DNA of 37,816 nt from an uncultured Candidatus Saccharibacteria bacterium (GCA_964513645.1 CAZENF010000001.1:266022-303837), one strand, 5' to 3'. Counted from the first letter of the stretch, positions 9,145-19,900 are shown. Numbers and translations are program-made. The notes: a model not told the origin generated them from the sequence alone.

Positions 9145-10289
9145 AAATACTCTTTATTATCACTCAGTCGGAAATGGGCGGAGCCCAGCGTTTTTTGTTC
9201 AATTTTTTAAGCAGAATTTCCGGACGGTATGAACTTGCGGTGGCTACCGGTTCCGACGGAGGTGATGAACTGACTGAAAAATTAAGATCTCTCAATATCG
9301 AAACTTTTCGGCTTGAAAAACTCAAACGCGAGATAAGTCCGGTCAGTGATCTCAAAGCTGTTTTCGAAACAAAAGAACTCATCGAAAAATTCAGGCCGGA
9401 TGACGTTTTCCTATTAAGTACCAAAGCAGGATTTGTCGGTTCGTTCGCCGCTAAGATGGCAAAGCGTGCAAATCCAGGACTCCGTGTAATTTACCGTATC
9501 GGCGGCTGGACCTTCAATGACCCTTGGCCGAAATGGAAAAAGAAGCTTTGGATAATACTTGAGAAAAAAAGCGCCGCCTGGAAGAATATTATAATCGTCA
9601 ATAACCGTCACGACCTCGAACAGGCCAAAAAACTCGGCATCAGACCAAAAGATGCTCTGGCGCTTGTTCATAACGGCATTGATCCTTATAAACTTAATTT
9701 ACTGCCCCCGGACGAAGCCCGTCTGAAAATATTTGAAAAGATCTCCCGCAAATCAGGCAAAATATTCCAGGCCGAAACAATTATCGGCACTTTGGCCAAT
9801 CTCTACCCGCCCAAAGGAATAGATGTGCTCATCGAAACCGCGGAATATTTCAGAAAAGAAAATGTTATTTTTGTAGTGATCGGCGGAGGCCCACTTAGAG
9901 ATGAACTTGAAATAAAAATAAAAAATTCCGGTCTGGAGAAAAAATTCTTTATCCTCGGACAAATTCCGGATGGTCACAAACTTTTACCCGCTTTTGATAT
10001 TTTCGTTCTGCCATCAGTCAAAGAAGGTTTTCCTTTTGCGATCCTTGAGGCAATGGCTGCCAAACTGCCTGTAATCGCGACCCGTATCGGTTCGGTGCCT
10101 GAAATGATAGAGTCCGGCAAGAATGGTTTTATCGTTGAACCGGGAAATCCCGCGGCTCTCGCCGGAAAAATAAAAGACCTTATCCGAAACGATCATCTTC
10201 GCAAAGAATTCTCAATTCAAGGCCATCAGACCCTCCTCTTTAACTTCACCGAAGATAAAATGGTCAAAGAGACCGAGGCATTACTCTAA
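9141..10289 (+). CDS. Glycosyltransferase family 4
   Basis: ITQSEMGGAQ, VHNGID, PSVKEGFPFAILEAMAA. Confidence 0.93.
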   Translation: MKILFIITQSEMGGAQRFLFNFLSRISGRYELAVATGSDGGDELTEKLRSLNIETFRLEKLKREISPVSDLKAVFETKELIEKFRPDDVFLLSTKAGFVGSFAAKMAKRANPGLRVIYRIGGWTFNDPWPKWKKKLWIILEKKSAAWKNIIIVNNRHDLEQAKKLGIRPKDALALVHNGIDPYKLNLLPPDEARLKIFEKISRKSGKIFQAETIIGTLANLYPPKGIDVLIETAEYFRKENVIFVVIGGGPLRDELEIKIKNSGLEKKFFILGQIPDGHKLLPAFDIFVLPSVKEGFPFAILEAMAAKLPVIATRIGSVPEMIESGKNGFIVEPGNPAALAGKIKDLIRNDHLRKEFSIQGHQTLLFNFTEDKMVKETEALL

Positions 10290-10391
10290 AAGTGCATAAG
10301 TTACTTTAATTACTGTCTAATAAAATAATATAATAAAAAGATAAACGGCGGTTCTAAAAATTAAAAACCTGTCACAGCAGGCTTAAGCCAC

Positions 10392-10865
10392 ATGAAACAA
10401 AAACTGATGCTCTCTTCGGTTTTAATAGTAGTGGTCGGCATGATTGCAATATGCCTTGGGGTCGGAGGCATAGCTTACACTTATAATAACGTGACCCGGG
10501 AAAAAATAACCACACCCCCGGATTCAGCCCTGCCGAATATCCAGGTCGCCGGACCTTACACTCTCATGGTTCAGGCCGATATTATACGAAAACACACTCT
10601 GCACACGACCAATGATCTGACATATGCCGAAATGCCACAGACCATTCCCCAACTCGATACTGATGGCAAAACCGTTACGAGTAAAGACGGCAAGCCGGTA
10701 ATGATCCCGAACACGGCACGGAATATCTGGGTCACCGCAACAACCCTGACCGCCGCCCTGAACCTTGGTATTATAGCTTATGCCTTATCGGCTTTTGTTG
10801 TTTTTGTGGGGGTAATGATGACCTGGCTCGGGCTTATGTTCTACGCCTTCGCCTCGGAGATTTAA
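10392..10865 (+). CDS. Hypothetical two-TM membrane protein
   Basis: Hydrophobic N- and C-terminal helices around a loop containing ITTPPD, QADIIRKHTL and TYAEM. Confidence 0.75.
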   Translation: MKQKLMLSSVLIVVVGMIAICLGVGGIAYTYNNVTREKITTPPDSALPNIQVAGPYTLMVQADIIRKHTLHTTNDLTYAEMPQTIPQLDTDGKTVTSKDGKPVMIPNTARNIWVTATTLTAALNLGIIAYALSAFVVFVGVMMTWLGLMFYAFASEI

Positions 10866-11378
10866 CTAATATCCTCGCCTTCTCATTTCCTCATCCTGAT
10901 TCAGATCATCGTCAAACTTTTTAATCTTTCTTTTGAGATTATTCATAATATCGTCAACTGTTAACTCCTGGTCAAAATCTACGGAACGATTCAGCCAGAC
11001 CAGCATCCGCTCGGTTGCTTCGAGATAAGACAAAAAACGCTGCGATTTTATCATATCCTCTTCGGCTATTTCCTTGAACTCTTTCCCGATATCATCTTTG
11101 GGCTCGCTCTTTGTCACATCTTTAGCTGAAAAAGTTTCAGCCCTTAGTTCTGATATCTTTCTCCTGACTGTACGTATCAAATATTTGTACGGAGTTTGCG
11201 GGACAATTTCTTTTTCGTCCAAAAGCAGTTCCAGACCCCACAAGGAATTACGGATCTTTTTTTCATCACTCACTCTCGAGGACTGCCTCGCAAAAAGTTC
11301 CATAAGGTCTTCGAGGTCCTTAGGGTTAAAATACTCCGAATTATCTTCATTCCCCGGGTCAGGTTTCTCTTTTGACAT
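10866..11378 (-). CDS. Hypothetical charged helical protein
   Basis: Long ORF; ATG 11378 lies 6 nt after TATAAT. Confidence 0.65.
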   Translation of the reverse strand: MSKEKPDPGNEDNSEYFNPKDLEDLMELFARQSSRVSDEKKIRNSLWGLELLLDEKEIVPQTPYKYLIRTVRRKISELRAETFSAKDVTKSEPKDDIGKEFKEIAEEDMIKSQRFLSYLEATERMLVWLNRSVDFDQELTVDDIMNNLKRKIKKFDDDLNQDEEMRRRGY

Positions 11379-11401
11379 AACAAAATTATATAAACTTATA
11401 T

Positions 11402-11686
11402 TCATATCCGCCAGGATCTGGGGTAACGAACCTTTCCATTCTCATCATACAGCTTAGGCCAGAAATACTTTCCCATAACATATCCCCACCAGGCGCCGGC
11501 CAATATCAAAGCAACTGTTAAAACATGGTGGATAGCAAACCACATATCCCACGACAAGCCGAAACCAAAAGTTTTAAAATCTTTAAGCAATAAGCCGATA
11601 TACCACATTTCAACTACCGTATGTAATATCTGCTGAAGTATCAAACCCAGAACAATAAAACAAAAAATATAAAAGTATTTTTTCAT
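11402..11686 (-). CDS. Small hypothetical membrane protein
   Basis: Two hydrophobic segments; TGtTATAAT 7 nt upstream of the ATG. Confidence 0.75.
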   Translation of the reverse strand: MKKYFYIFCFIVLGLILQQILHTVVEMWYIGLLLKDFKTFGFGLSWDMWFAIHHVLTVALILAGAWWGYVMGKYFWPKLYDENGKVRYPRSWRI

Positions 11687-11701
11687 AATGCTAATTATAA
11701 C

Positions 11702-11722
11702 ATAAAACCGGCCTCAGGCCGG
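11702..11722 (-). terminator. Intrinsic terminator of the DUF1761 gene
   Basis: Minus strand CCGGCC-TGA-GGCCGG-TTTTAT. Confidence 0.6.
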
Positions 11723-11747
11723 CGGACGGTTTTATTCGTAAAAATAT

Positions 11748-12197
11748 TTACATCCAGAGAGAAAGTATAATTCCCATCACTGATAAAGTAACGAGGTAAT
11801 AACCGTTGTTGAGCAGCCAGAGTTTCCATGATTTGCCTTCCCATAGAACCGGTGTAAGCGTTACCGGGCCGACAAAACCAAGCCAATTAAAAAATGCGCC
11901 CATTAATCCGGAGCTGGCTCCGGAAGTACCCAGATAAGTTGAGGCGAATATCAAAGCATGGGCAAGTACCCAGGCCATGACAAGAGAACCGATGAACATT
12001 ATCGAGTAGGCCTTTTTCATGCCGCCGTTGGCTTCCATTGCCCCGCCCTTGGCCTTCATTGTCTCCATCTGCTCATTTGTCCAACTCATCAAAGCTATCC
12101 ATTGTTTACCGAATAAGGGTCCATACCACAAAGCGCCGATAATCATGCTGGCTACGGCCGAAACCAAGACTGCCAAATAATTTATATGAGGTGCCAT
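11748..12197 (-). CDS. DUF1761 membrane protein
   Basis: INYLAVLVSAV...GALWYGPLFGKQW...WEGKSWKLWLLNNGY. Confidence 0.88.
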   Translation of the reverse strand: MAPHINYLAVLVSAVASMIIGALWYGPLFGKQWIALMSWTNEQMETMKAKGGAMEANGGMKKAYSIMFIGSLVMAWVLAHALIFASTYLGTSGASSGLMGAFFNWLGFVGPVTLTPVLWEGKSWKLWLLNNGYYLVTLSVMGIILSLWM

Positions 12198-12248
12198 ATT
12201 ATTTAGGTTTATTTTTAATTATCCTATCATTTATAAGAAGAATCGCAA

Positions 12249-12770
12249 CTAATTATATACCTCGGTCAAAATATTATGTAAAACTTTGAAATATCTTGAA
12301 ACCCCGACCGAAGGAATATCGGTCATCGGTTCATCCGGCCTTCTATCCGCATAATTTACCGTTATCTCACCGTCCTTGAACTCTGTAGATTGGGGGGCTA
12401 TCCTGTCGCCCAATAATATTGCATTACTGCCTGAATAACCGTTACCGCCGCTACCAAAAGCAACGACAAGATAATAGAATAATCCGGAACCGCCTGTATC
12501 CTGGGTCAAAATAAAAGCAACATCATCTTCGCCGTCTTCGTTCATATCTCCACTAACCTCATTGCCAAAGTATTTTGTGGTTATTTTTGTTTTAGAATCT
12601 GAAGCCGCCTGAACCTGTGAAATTCCGTTGTTCAAGGTCACTGAATTGCCGTCTATTCGGTAAGTTATATTTTTAATATCCTTGCCTCTGACAATATAGC
12701 TCGAGCTGAACCAAGTATAGATGCCATATCCGGCTAAGGCCAATATTAAAATAAAAATAAATGCCTTCAT
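12249..12770 (-). CDS. Hypothetical membrane-anchored extracytoplasmic protein
   Basis: N-terminal TM; GDMNEDGEDD (Ca-loop-like), GGSGLFYY, LGDRIAPQ. Confidence 0.75.
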   Translation of the reverse strand: MKAFIFILILALAGYGIYTWFSSSYIVRGKDIKNITYRIDGNSVTLNNGISQVQAASDSKTKITTKYFGNEVSGDMNEDGEDDVAFILTQDTGGSGLFYYLVVAFGSGGNGYSGSNAILLGDRIAPQSTEFKDGEITVNYADRRPDEPMTDIPSVGVSRYFKVLHNILTEVYN

Positions 12771-12772
12771 CT

Positions 12773-13072
12773 CTATTTCTTCTGGTCTAATTTATCAAAA
12801 CCAAATATCTTAATCCCTAAATATACGACCAACGCCACAACAGAAAAATCAACCAGAACGCTTATCATGTCCCCGTATAATATCCGTGCCGAACCAAGGC
12901 CAATGGAGGCGTTTTTAAGACCGTCGGCCATCCCTAAAGGCACTGCCAACAAAGGGTTCACGATATCCGTAACAAAAGCACTAACAACTTTTGACACTGC
13001 CCCGCCCAAAATAAAACCGACGGCTAGCCCGACTACGCCCTGTTCACGTATAAATTTAACAAATCCGTCCAT
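12773..13072 (-). CDS. mscL: Large-conductance mechanosensitive channel, short form
   Basis: FVKFIREQGVVGLAVGFILGGAVSKVVSAFVTDIVNPLL (S1/TM1); YGDMISVLVDF (TM2). Confidence 0.85.
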   Translation of the reverse strand: MDGFVKFIREQGVVGLAVGFILGGAVSKVVSAFVTDIVNPLLAVPLGMADGLKNASIGLGSARILYGDMISVLVDFSVVALVVYLGIKIFGFDKLDQKK

Positions 13073-13091
13073 CGGTTATGTTCAGAGATCC

Positions 13092-13286
13092 TTAGGCTTT
13101 ATTTCCGTAGTGCCATCCCCAGTACGCCAATATGGCGCCGAATACGGTCGGAAAGAAACTGACCCAGACCGGCACTCTTACCATACCGATGGTTACTGGC
13201 CAAACAAACACAATGCGCGTTAAGTGCGCAAGCGAGACTATGAAAAATATAACCGCCGCGACCTTATAATAGTTTTTCTTGTTCAT
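13092..13286 (-). CDS. Small two-TM hypothetical protein
   Basis: Hydrophobic 64 aa; TATAAT 6 nt upstream. Confidence 0.7.
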   Translation of the reverse strand: MNKKNYYKVAAVIFFIVSLAHLTRIVFVWPVTIGMVRVPVWVSFFPTVFGAILAYWGWHYGNKA

Positions 13287-13353
13287 ATTCTAATTATACA
13301 ACAAATCACTGTTTGGCCCCTGTTCAAAACTATTGCCAAACAAAAACCGGCAT

Positions 13354-13578
13354 TTAAGCCGGCAATTTGAGCTTCCAAACGGAAATTATCTCTTCCATTA
13401 TCTTATGTATCTGATAACGAGAATTTTTGAATTCAACTTCCCAGACAACCGATTCACCAAAAGGAATACCAGTTCCACGGATCTCTTTAAGCTCCTTGCG
13501 CTGGAGAGCTTTCAGAAGTTCCGAGAGTTCGGTCGCAGAAATATTGTTAAATATCCTCGAGTGTTCAGAAGTTAGCAC
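13354..13578 (-). CDS. Small hypothetical protein (GTG start)
   Basis: GGGGAGGTG SD upstream; CCGGC/GCCGG hairpin with T-run at the stop. Confidence 0.55.
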   Translation of the reverse strand: MLTSEHSRIFNNISATELSELLKALQRKELKEIRGTGIPFGESVVWEVEFKNSRYQIHKIMEEIISVWKLKLPA

Positions 13579-13638
13579 TTCACCTCCCCAAAGAACTCTT
13601 CATAACCTATAACATAAATTACAATAAGAATCAAGCCC

Positions 13639-13678
13639 AACCAAAAACCGTCCCGCTTTAGCGGGACGGTTTTTGGTT
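13639..13678 (-). terminator. Intrinsic terminator of the VOC gene
   Basis: Perfect 18-bp stem AACCAAAAACCGTCCCGC-TTTA-GCGGGACGGTTTTTGGTT. Confidence 0.85.
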
Positions 13679-14150
13679 ATTTCCCTTGATATGCTCTTTC
13701 GAGTTCCGCAATATCGAATTTTTTCATCTTCATAAAAGCGGCCGTGACTCTTTGCACTTTCTCTTTATCCAGATCTGCTAACATTTTGCTTAGCACTACC
13801 GGCACCACTTGCCAGACAATACCGTACCGGTCGACGACCCAACCGCATTGTATCTCTTTGCCGCCTTCTTTGAATGCATCCCAGTATTTGTCTATCTCTT
13901 CTTGGGTCTCGCAATTTACCACCAGAGAGAAAGGTCCGTTGCCATTAACCACTCCCGGTCCGCCGTTAATAGCTGTAAACTCACGTCCACCGAGAGTAAA
14001 GGACAACATCATTGCTTTGTCTTTTGGCGGAACCTCGGGTCCCATTTTCACAAGACTTGTTATCTTAGAATCTGGGAACAGAGACACATAAAAATTAACC
14101 GCCTCCTCGGCCTTATCCTCGAACCAAATAAAAGGTGTAATATTTTTCAT
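13677..14150 (-). CDS. VOC/PhnB-like protein (3-demethylubiquinone-9 3-methyltransferase domain family)
   Basis: ITPFIWFEDKAEEAVNFY, AINGGP, CETQEEIDKYW, QCGWVVDRYGIVWQVVP. Confidence 0.92.
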   Translation of the reverse strand: MKNITPFIWFEDKAEEAVNFYVSLFPDSKITSLVKMGPEVPPKDKAMMLSFTLGGREFTAINGGPGVVNGNGPFSLVVNCETQEEIDKYWDAFKEGGKEIQCGWVVDRYGIVWQVVPVVLSKMLADLDKEKVQRVTAAFMKMKKFDIAELERAYQGK

Positions 14151-14176
14151 AATAAAAATTATATCACATTCAAATC

Positions 14177-14875
14177 CTATTTATATACTCTGTCCCATAT
14201 TTGAAGTTCGGTCACATAAATAAATTCCGAACCGCCACGGTTGCCCTGGCCAGGTATCCAATTATCTGTCCGGACCAGTGAAGTTTTTACTTCATCCTGA
14301 ATTCCCGGAACATCCATATTAATAAGGTATCCTTTAAGTCTTACCGGGTCATACTTCCTTATCCGCCTCAAAGCATGGTCGATGTTCTTATCGGCTGCGA
14401 CCGTGTGATTGCTCGAAAAATGCTGCGACAAATATGTTAGGCCGATGTCTTCGTTTAATTTCCTGTCATTATATTCAAAAGTTGAGTATGTCCATTGATG
14501 CGAAAAGGTGACTTTTTTCATTACGTTTTTATCGGCAAACTTGCCCCAGACCAGCGCCATGTCATCGGTCAAAACGTCATCAAGTCCGGTAACATTAAAA
14601 TAATTGGGATAATTTTGGCTTACCGCCACCCGCGCCTGGATGTCATATGAAGCGACCGGAATTATTTTAACCGTCCGGCCCTTGCGGTCTTGAACACTGA
14701 ATTCGGGGATATTTATATTCTCCTGAAGGGGCTCGATGTCGGTATCAATCGGGGTTGCAGCGGAAGATGACGAAGCCGGATAAATCGTCAGGTAATAAAG
14801 AGGACTGAAATACCAGACCAAAATAAAAACAACGACTATTCCCGCAATTTTCAGCCGGTAAATTTTTTCTTCCAT
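14177..14875 (-). CDS. Hypothetical membrane-anchored protein
   Basis: N-terminal TM; DMALVWG, SSNH, LKGYL, TSLVRTD. Confidence 0.75.
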   Translation of the reverse strand: MEEKIYRLKIAGIVVVFILVWYFSPLYYLTIYPASSSSAATPIDTDIEPLQENINIPEFSVQDRKGRTVKIIPVASYDIQARVAVSQNYPNYFNVTGLDDVLTDDMALVWGKFADKNVMKKVTFSHQWTYSTFEYNDRKLNEDIGLTYLSQHFSSNHTVAADKNIDHALRRIRKYDPVRLKGYLINMDVPGIQDEVKTSLVRTDNWIPGQGNRGGSEFIYVTELQIWDRVYK

Positions 14876-14930
14876 ATCATCTAATATTTTACACCAAATA
14901 TAACGGCCCCCGCAAAGCGAGGGCTTGAGA

Positions 14931-15791
14931 TCACTTTTTCAAAAAAATCCCGTGATAGGCAAAACCGAATTCGATGAACCAAGGATTACCGGCTGGCTGA
15001 AAGGTCATACCTTCGGCCAATCCGGACAAATTAATTTCGGTTCTTGTTTTGCCATAAACCACATAGATGGTGATCGGCCGCCAACCATTATCAACATCCG
15101 GCGACCAGCCTCCGCCAAGATATCTCCTGACGGAACGGGCACTACCCAAATCGTAGGCCCGATACTGTTCAAGTGCATCGTATCGGTCATAACCGGTTTC
15201 AGTAACCAGGTTATAGTTGCTCCAGCCATAACCAACCATCGCCAAAAAACCCTTATAAATATTCAAATCAGCTTCCGTAATCACACCGGGCTTCCAGGAA
15301 TTTCTTCCATAAATACTGTAATAGACGAGGGATGTTCCATAGCCTCGCTCGGGTACGCCATATTGGTTTATTTCTCTGGTCGAGCCTTCATTTTTTGGCT
15401 CGGCCCCTCCAAAAGAAGCATAAGAAAACATCAAACCGCTACGTAACCTGAAACGCCAGAGAGTAAGTTCGGGCGAAACAGTAAAGTTTAAACTTTCAAA
15501 ACCAGAAGGATTTATTGAATCAAAAGGAATTGTTCTCATAACCTGCTGATTACCATATATCCAAGTATCATCTGGATGAGAAGGCACCTGACGCAAGGCA
15601 AGAGGAACATTGTCTACTTCTTTCATAAAAACTGGAAAAGAAGAGACATCAAAGAACTTAAATTCAAGACCCATTCCAAAATTACTGTTTTTATTTTCGT
15701 TTTGAGAAACTGAATTTTGGCCCTGAGCAGAAACTTTGGGCACAAGTAACAAAGATAGAACCAGGACAAATCCTGTTAAACGCGTTTTCAT
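14931..15791 (-). CDS. Secreted protein with a beta-barrel-like sequence pattern
   Basis: Signal peptide ending VSA-Q, alternating aromatic/Gly strands, terminal WFIEFGFAY; AGGAGG SD; hairpin at ~14906-14924. Confidence 0.6.
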   Translation of the reverse strand: MKTRLTGFVLVLSLLLVPKVSAQGQNSVSQNENKNSNFGMGLEFKFFDVSSFPVFMKEVDNVPLALRQVPSHPDDTWIYGNQQVMRTIPFDSINPSGFESLNFTVSPELTLWRFRLRSGLMFSYASFGGAEPKNEGSTREINQYGVPERGYGTSLVYYSIYGRNSWKPGVITEADLNIYKGFLAMVGYGWSNYNLVTETGYDRYDALEQYRAYDLGSARSVRRYLGGGWSPDVDNGWRPITIYVVYGKTRTEINLSGLAEGMTFQPAGNPWFIEFGFAYHGIFLKK

Positions 15792-15829
15792 GGGCTCCCC
15801 TCCTTTTGTAAAAGAGCCCCGATACCCGC

Positions 15830-15858
15830 GTTATACCCCTACCTTAGATAAATGTCAA
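15830..15858 (-). promoter_or_regulatory. Sigma70-type promoter
   Basis: TTGACA-N17-TATAAC. Confidence 0.7.
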
Positions 15859-15862
15859 CTTA

Positions 15863-16840
15863 TCAGAATATCTCGGTAACGTAAGAACCGTTGAACCATC
15901 CAGCCTGCCCGCCGGGGAGAAGTATCTTAAACCAGCCATTTAGATAGCCCATTTTGCTAAATTCCTGGTTCGGATATGCTTTACCGACGATAGGACTCGT
16001 GGCCAAACCCTGGCTTCTGATATTGAGCCAAACAATTCCGGTTTTAACTCTTAGCGTACTTGCGATCATCATTTTCGAGAACCGGGCGGTAGAAATAACC
16101 TGAACATCCTGCCATTTAAATTTAGCCGCAACAAAATCCTCCAATGTCTTAACCCAGTGAAGCTGCCCGTCAACACCCAGATAATAAACTTTGGTATCGC
16201 CGACTTTTCTGAATAGTAGAACTCCCGAATCGGAGGGAACCGGAGTCGGCGTAACCACAGTCGTAATTATACCCGGACTCGAACTCGGAGACGGCGTCAC
16301 AGACTGGACCGGAGAAGGCACGGGTGTCTGACCGGGCAAGGTCAGCAGATTACCATAGACAGGAAATCCGATACGGTTAAAAGTGTCCGTAGTAGCCAAA
16401 CCAACATCCTTAATCCCGACTCTAACCACGCCGGTCGCGTTCTGGCTCAAGCTACCCCGTAGAATATAAGTTTTGTACTGGCCGTAAGGAATTGTAACCA
16501 CGGAATTAAAAACAATACTATCACCTACCGCTTGAGTAGGATAAGAACCGACGGTCAGACTTGTATTAGCATCAAAAACTCGTATTTCGGCGAAATTACT
16601 AAGCCCGCCCGGAACATCAGTCCCAAGCTGAATACTCCGGAGGAGCAGATCACCTGAAGCGGCGGTTACCCTTATCCAGGCAAGGTCGGCAAGATTGGAA
16701 CTGAAATCAATCGACTTGGCCTGCGGCGTATTTGAATCCAAGGAACCCTGGACCGAAATACCATCAGCCATGACCGGCTCGACCCCGGATAAAGATACCA
16801 GAAATGCGAACGAGGCGAGAGAATAAATATATTTTTTCAT
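15863..16840 (-). CDS. Secreted surface protein: S-layer-like domain, Pro/Ser/Thr linker, C-terminal SH3b-like domain
   Basis: Start moved to ATG 16840 (TGcTATAAT 6 nt upstream); TPVPSP linker; LNIRS...NGWFKI...GWFNGSYV. Confidence 0.75.
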   Translation of the reverse strand: MKKYIYSLASFAFLVSLSGVEPVMADGISVQGSLDSNTPQAKSIDFSSNLADLAWIRVTAASGDLLLRSIQLGTDVPGGLSNFAEIRVFDANTSLTVGSYPTQAVGDSIVFNSVVTIPYGQYKTYILRGSLSQNATGVVRVGIKDVGLATTDTFNRIGFPVYGNLLTLPGQTPVPSPVQSVTPSPSSSPGIITTVVTPTPVPSDSGVLLFRKVGDTKVYYLGVDGQLHWVKTLEDFVAAKFKWQDVQVISTARFSKMMIASTLRVKTGIVWLNIRSQGLATSPIVGKAYPNQEFSKMGYLNGWFKILLPGGQAGWFNGSYVTEIF

Positions 16841-16884
16841 AACAATATTATAGCATCCCGAAGCTAAGACAATCAATTCCACCC

Positions 16885-16917
16885 AACCAAAAACCGCCCA
16901 TAAGGGCGGTTTTGGTT
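16885..16917 (-). terminator. Terminator of the large surface protein gene
   Basis: AACCAAAAACCGCCC-ATAA-GGGCGGTTTTGGTT (one bulge). Confidence 0.8.
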
Positions 16918-16924
16918 CCATCTA

Positions 16925-19900
16925 TTACAGCGACATCGATTGAGACTGGTTGATGGATTGTACAAGGTAATCACTCATCCAATCACCGGTGGTGGTTGAA
17001 TGTTGAACCTGTGAACCATCGGACCAAGTAATCGAAGCCGAACTGGTAGAGAGAGTGCCGGCAATAACCGAAGCAGAGTTCGAGTTGTTGCTTGAAGTCG
17101 TATTCGCGAGTTTAGTCACGATAGACTTCGGCGTTGAACCGGTAGCGACAACATTACCGACAAGTTCATAAACGTGGCCGGTTGAATCAATCGACTCTTC
17201 GTTTGTGAAAGTGAAGGCAACAGCTCCGGTTACACCGCCAGCATTCAGGTCAGCTGAAGCAGTGGCGAATGTACCCAATGAGGATATATCGACACCGTCT
17301 CTTAAGACTTTGAAGATAGCACTTGCGGCATCACCGTTATTACCCAATGTGGTGCTTGCGGTCTCGGTAACAGTCCAGTTAAGTTTGTAGACTCTGACTG
17401 TGTTCGAACCGGACGAAGCGATCTTCGCTTTGAACAACGACTGGTTGCCGGTGGCAAGCAGTGTTGCGGGCAAAGACACGTTGGTCACGACCGGGTAAGC
17501 GGCGACAACAACAATGTTGTTACCGGTATAGGTCGCGGTAGACAGACCGGTAGTTGTAGTCACGGTGCCTGAAGAATTGTGGTACTTCATACCGTCTAAC
17601 TGAACTTTGACCAAACCATCCGTGTCATTAGCACCTACGCCGACATTAGCCAGCTGTGCTTTGACCGTGAAGGTCTTGGTTCCGCCTGATTGTGGCAACG
17701 AGAAGTTCAAACCGGTGAACGACGCGGAACTGGTGCTCGAATTAAGAACAGCAGTGCGAAGCAAGTTGTTTGAACCGTCGTACAGCATCACATTGGCAAC
17801 TCCACCGACTGAAGAAGCAACCGTTGACGAAAGGTCAATGTAAACTTCATCCAAAGTGTAGTTGTCATAGGCCGGTTGCAAAGTGAAGGAGTAAGCCGTC
17901 ACTGTTGAACCACCATTGGCTAAGGTAGCTGACGGAATAGCACCATTAGCTGCGGTCAGGGAACCTGACTGGACAGTCTCTGTCTGGCCTGCAACTCCGT
18001 TTCCGTGGACAGTTGTGCTTGAACCGGTGGTTACACCATCGATATCAAGGTAAGTGTTTCCGTAATTGTTGTTGGAAAGGCCTGAAGCGACATCACCCCA
18101 AACTTCAACTTGGTATTGCTGGTTCTTCGGCAACACGAAGTTGACCGAGTAGCTGTTCGAAGCTGTACCAGAAATGGTTGATTTACCAGGTGAGGTATAG
18201 ATCAAGGAACCGGAATTGTTCCAGACCTTGACATACATGTTGGTTATGTTCGAAGCGGCAAAGCTCGAACCGTTGGTCCAACTAACATTCAAGCTGTTGA
18301 CGTTCAAATCTTCGGATGAAGACTGGGTTAAGGCGTAATGGCCAAGCTTGGTGTTATAGGTCGGTGTGATAACTGTCTGGTTGGCATAACCGCTGTACTT
18401 GGAAACGGTTACTGAACCGGTTCTGATGGTTAAACTGTTACCATCAATTGGACCCGCTGTACAACCAGCAACCGTACCATAAGCACAATCTATATAACCA
18501 AGAGAGGTTAACCTCTGAACGTTACTTGAACTGTTCTCGATACTGGCCATAAGTGTCTGGCCGGAAGCGATATCATTGACTCCATCGTTGTCGTAAACAT
18601 CACCTCTGATTTCCAATACACGCGGCGTAGCCGGGTCAACAATGAATGAAGAACCGAAGCTGTACTGCGTGTAGAAAGGAGAAGTATTATCTTCCTCCAA
18701 AAGGTCAGAAGTCGAACCGATCTGGACACCATCCAAGAAGATGGCACCGTTTCGGATTTTACCGACACTGCCTGACGATGAGTCGACGGCGAATCTCATT
18801 GATTCAACTTTCATCTTCTCACCATAAGCTTTGATGTCGTAGCGGGCTAAGACAACACCTGAAGCACCTTTGACAACATCACCTGAAGGAGAATCTGTTC
18901 TCTTGGTGATAACCAAAGTGCCTGAAGTGATTGACTGTTTGCCTGCGCTATCCGGGAATGAACCGGTTGTAACAGTAGTAAGGATATTTTGTCCGTACTG
19001 GCTGTCAACTGTCGAAACATCCGGAGCCTGACGTACCGACAAGGTGAAGTCTCGGCTTGAGCCATTAACGACATCAAGCAAAACCTTCACGGTGCGGGAG
19101 CCAGTCTGAAGCTGGATTCCACCGCCAAGGTCAAAGAATACATATCCGTTCACATCGGGCATCGAAACAGCCGAACCGACCTGGACTCCATCTACGAAGA
19201 GACGGAAGTTCTTAAGGTCACCCGACTGGACTGAACCGATAACACGGACTTGGAAGCTCTTCAACCAGATAAAGCGGGTACCGACAGTCAAAGTATCCTG
19301 CCATCCGACAACATCGGAACCAGGATTCAAGCTGGTATTAGCAGCCACCATAGGTGATGCCGGATTTGCCAAAGCAGCAGTGGCTAATGTCGCATTTGCA
19401 GCAGTGGATAAATTACCGGAAACACTGACCGCATTGCCATTAACACTCGCTAACTGGACACCAACTGTTTCACCAGTATTCGATGAAAGGTCAGCGCGCA
19501 CTGAAATGACCTTTGAACCCATGACCTGAAACAAACCCATCGAGCTCGTGTCATTAAAGCTGATCTGCCCGTTTGTAACTGTAGCAGCATCAGTTAGACG
19601 CTTGTTGCCGTCATACAGGTAGACATTCTTCAAATCAGTATCAGCCGAAACACCGAGACGGTTCAACACAAGGTTGTTAACCGTACCGTTTCCGCTGAAC
19701 ATGAAATGGGCCAAGTCTGCCGCAGCCTGCCCTTGGACAAAAGTACCTGAAGCCGGATTGTCGGAAGCTAAGCTAACCGTGAATGAACCGCCGGTCTGGG
19801 TGGTCTGGCTTCCTGAACGAGAGTAATTGGGAACCTGTTTGACTGACGAATAGTCAGCACCTTTGGCATACCAATTAAATTCGTTGTTGTTGATACAGAA

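Noticed and set aside
16841-16921. N-terminal extension of the SH3b-containing protein
   Set aside because: It crosses the upstream terminator; the signal peptide starts at MKKYIY (16840).
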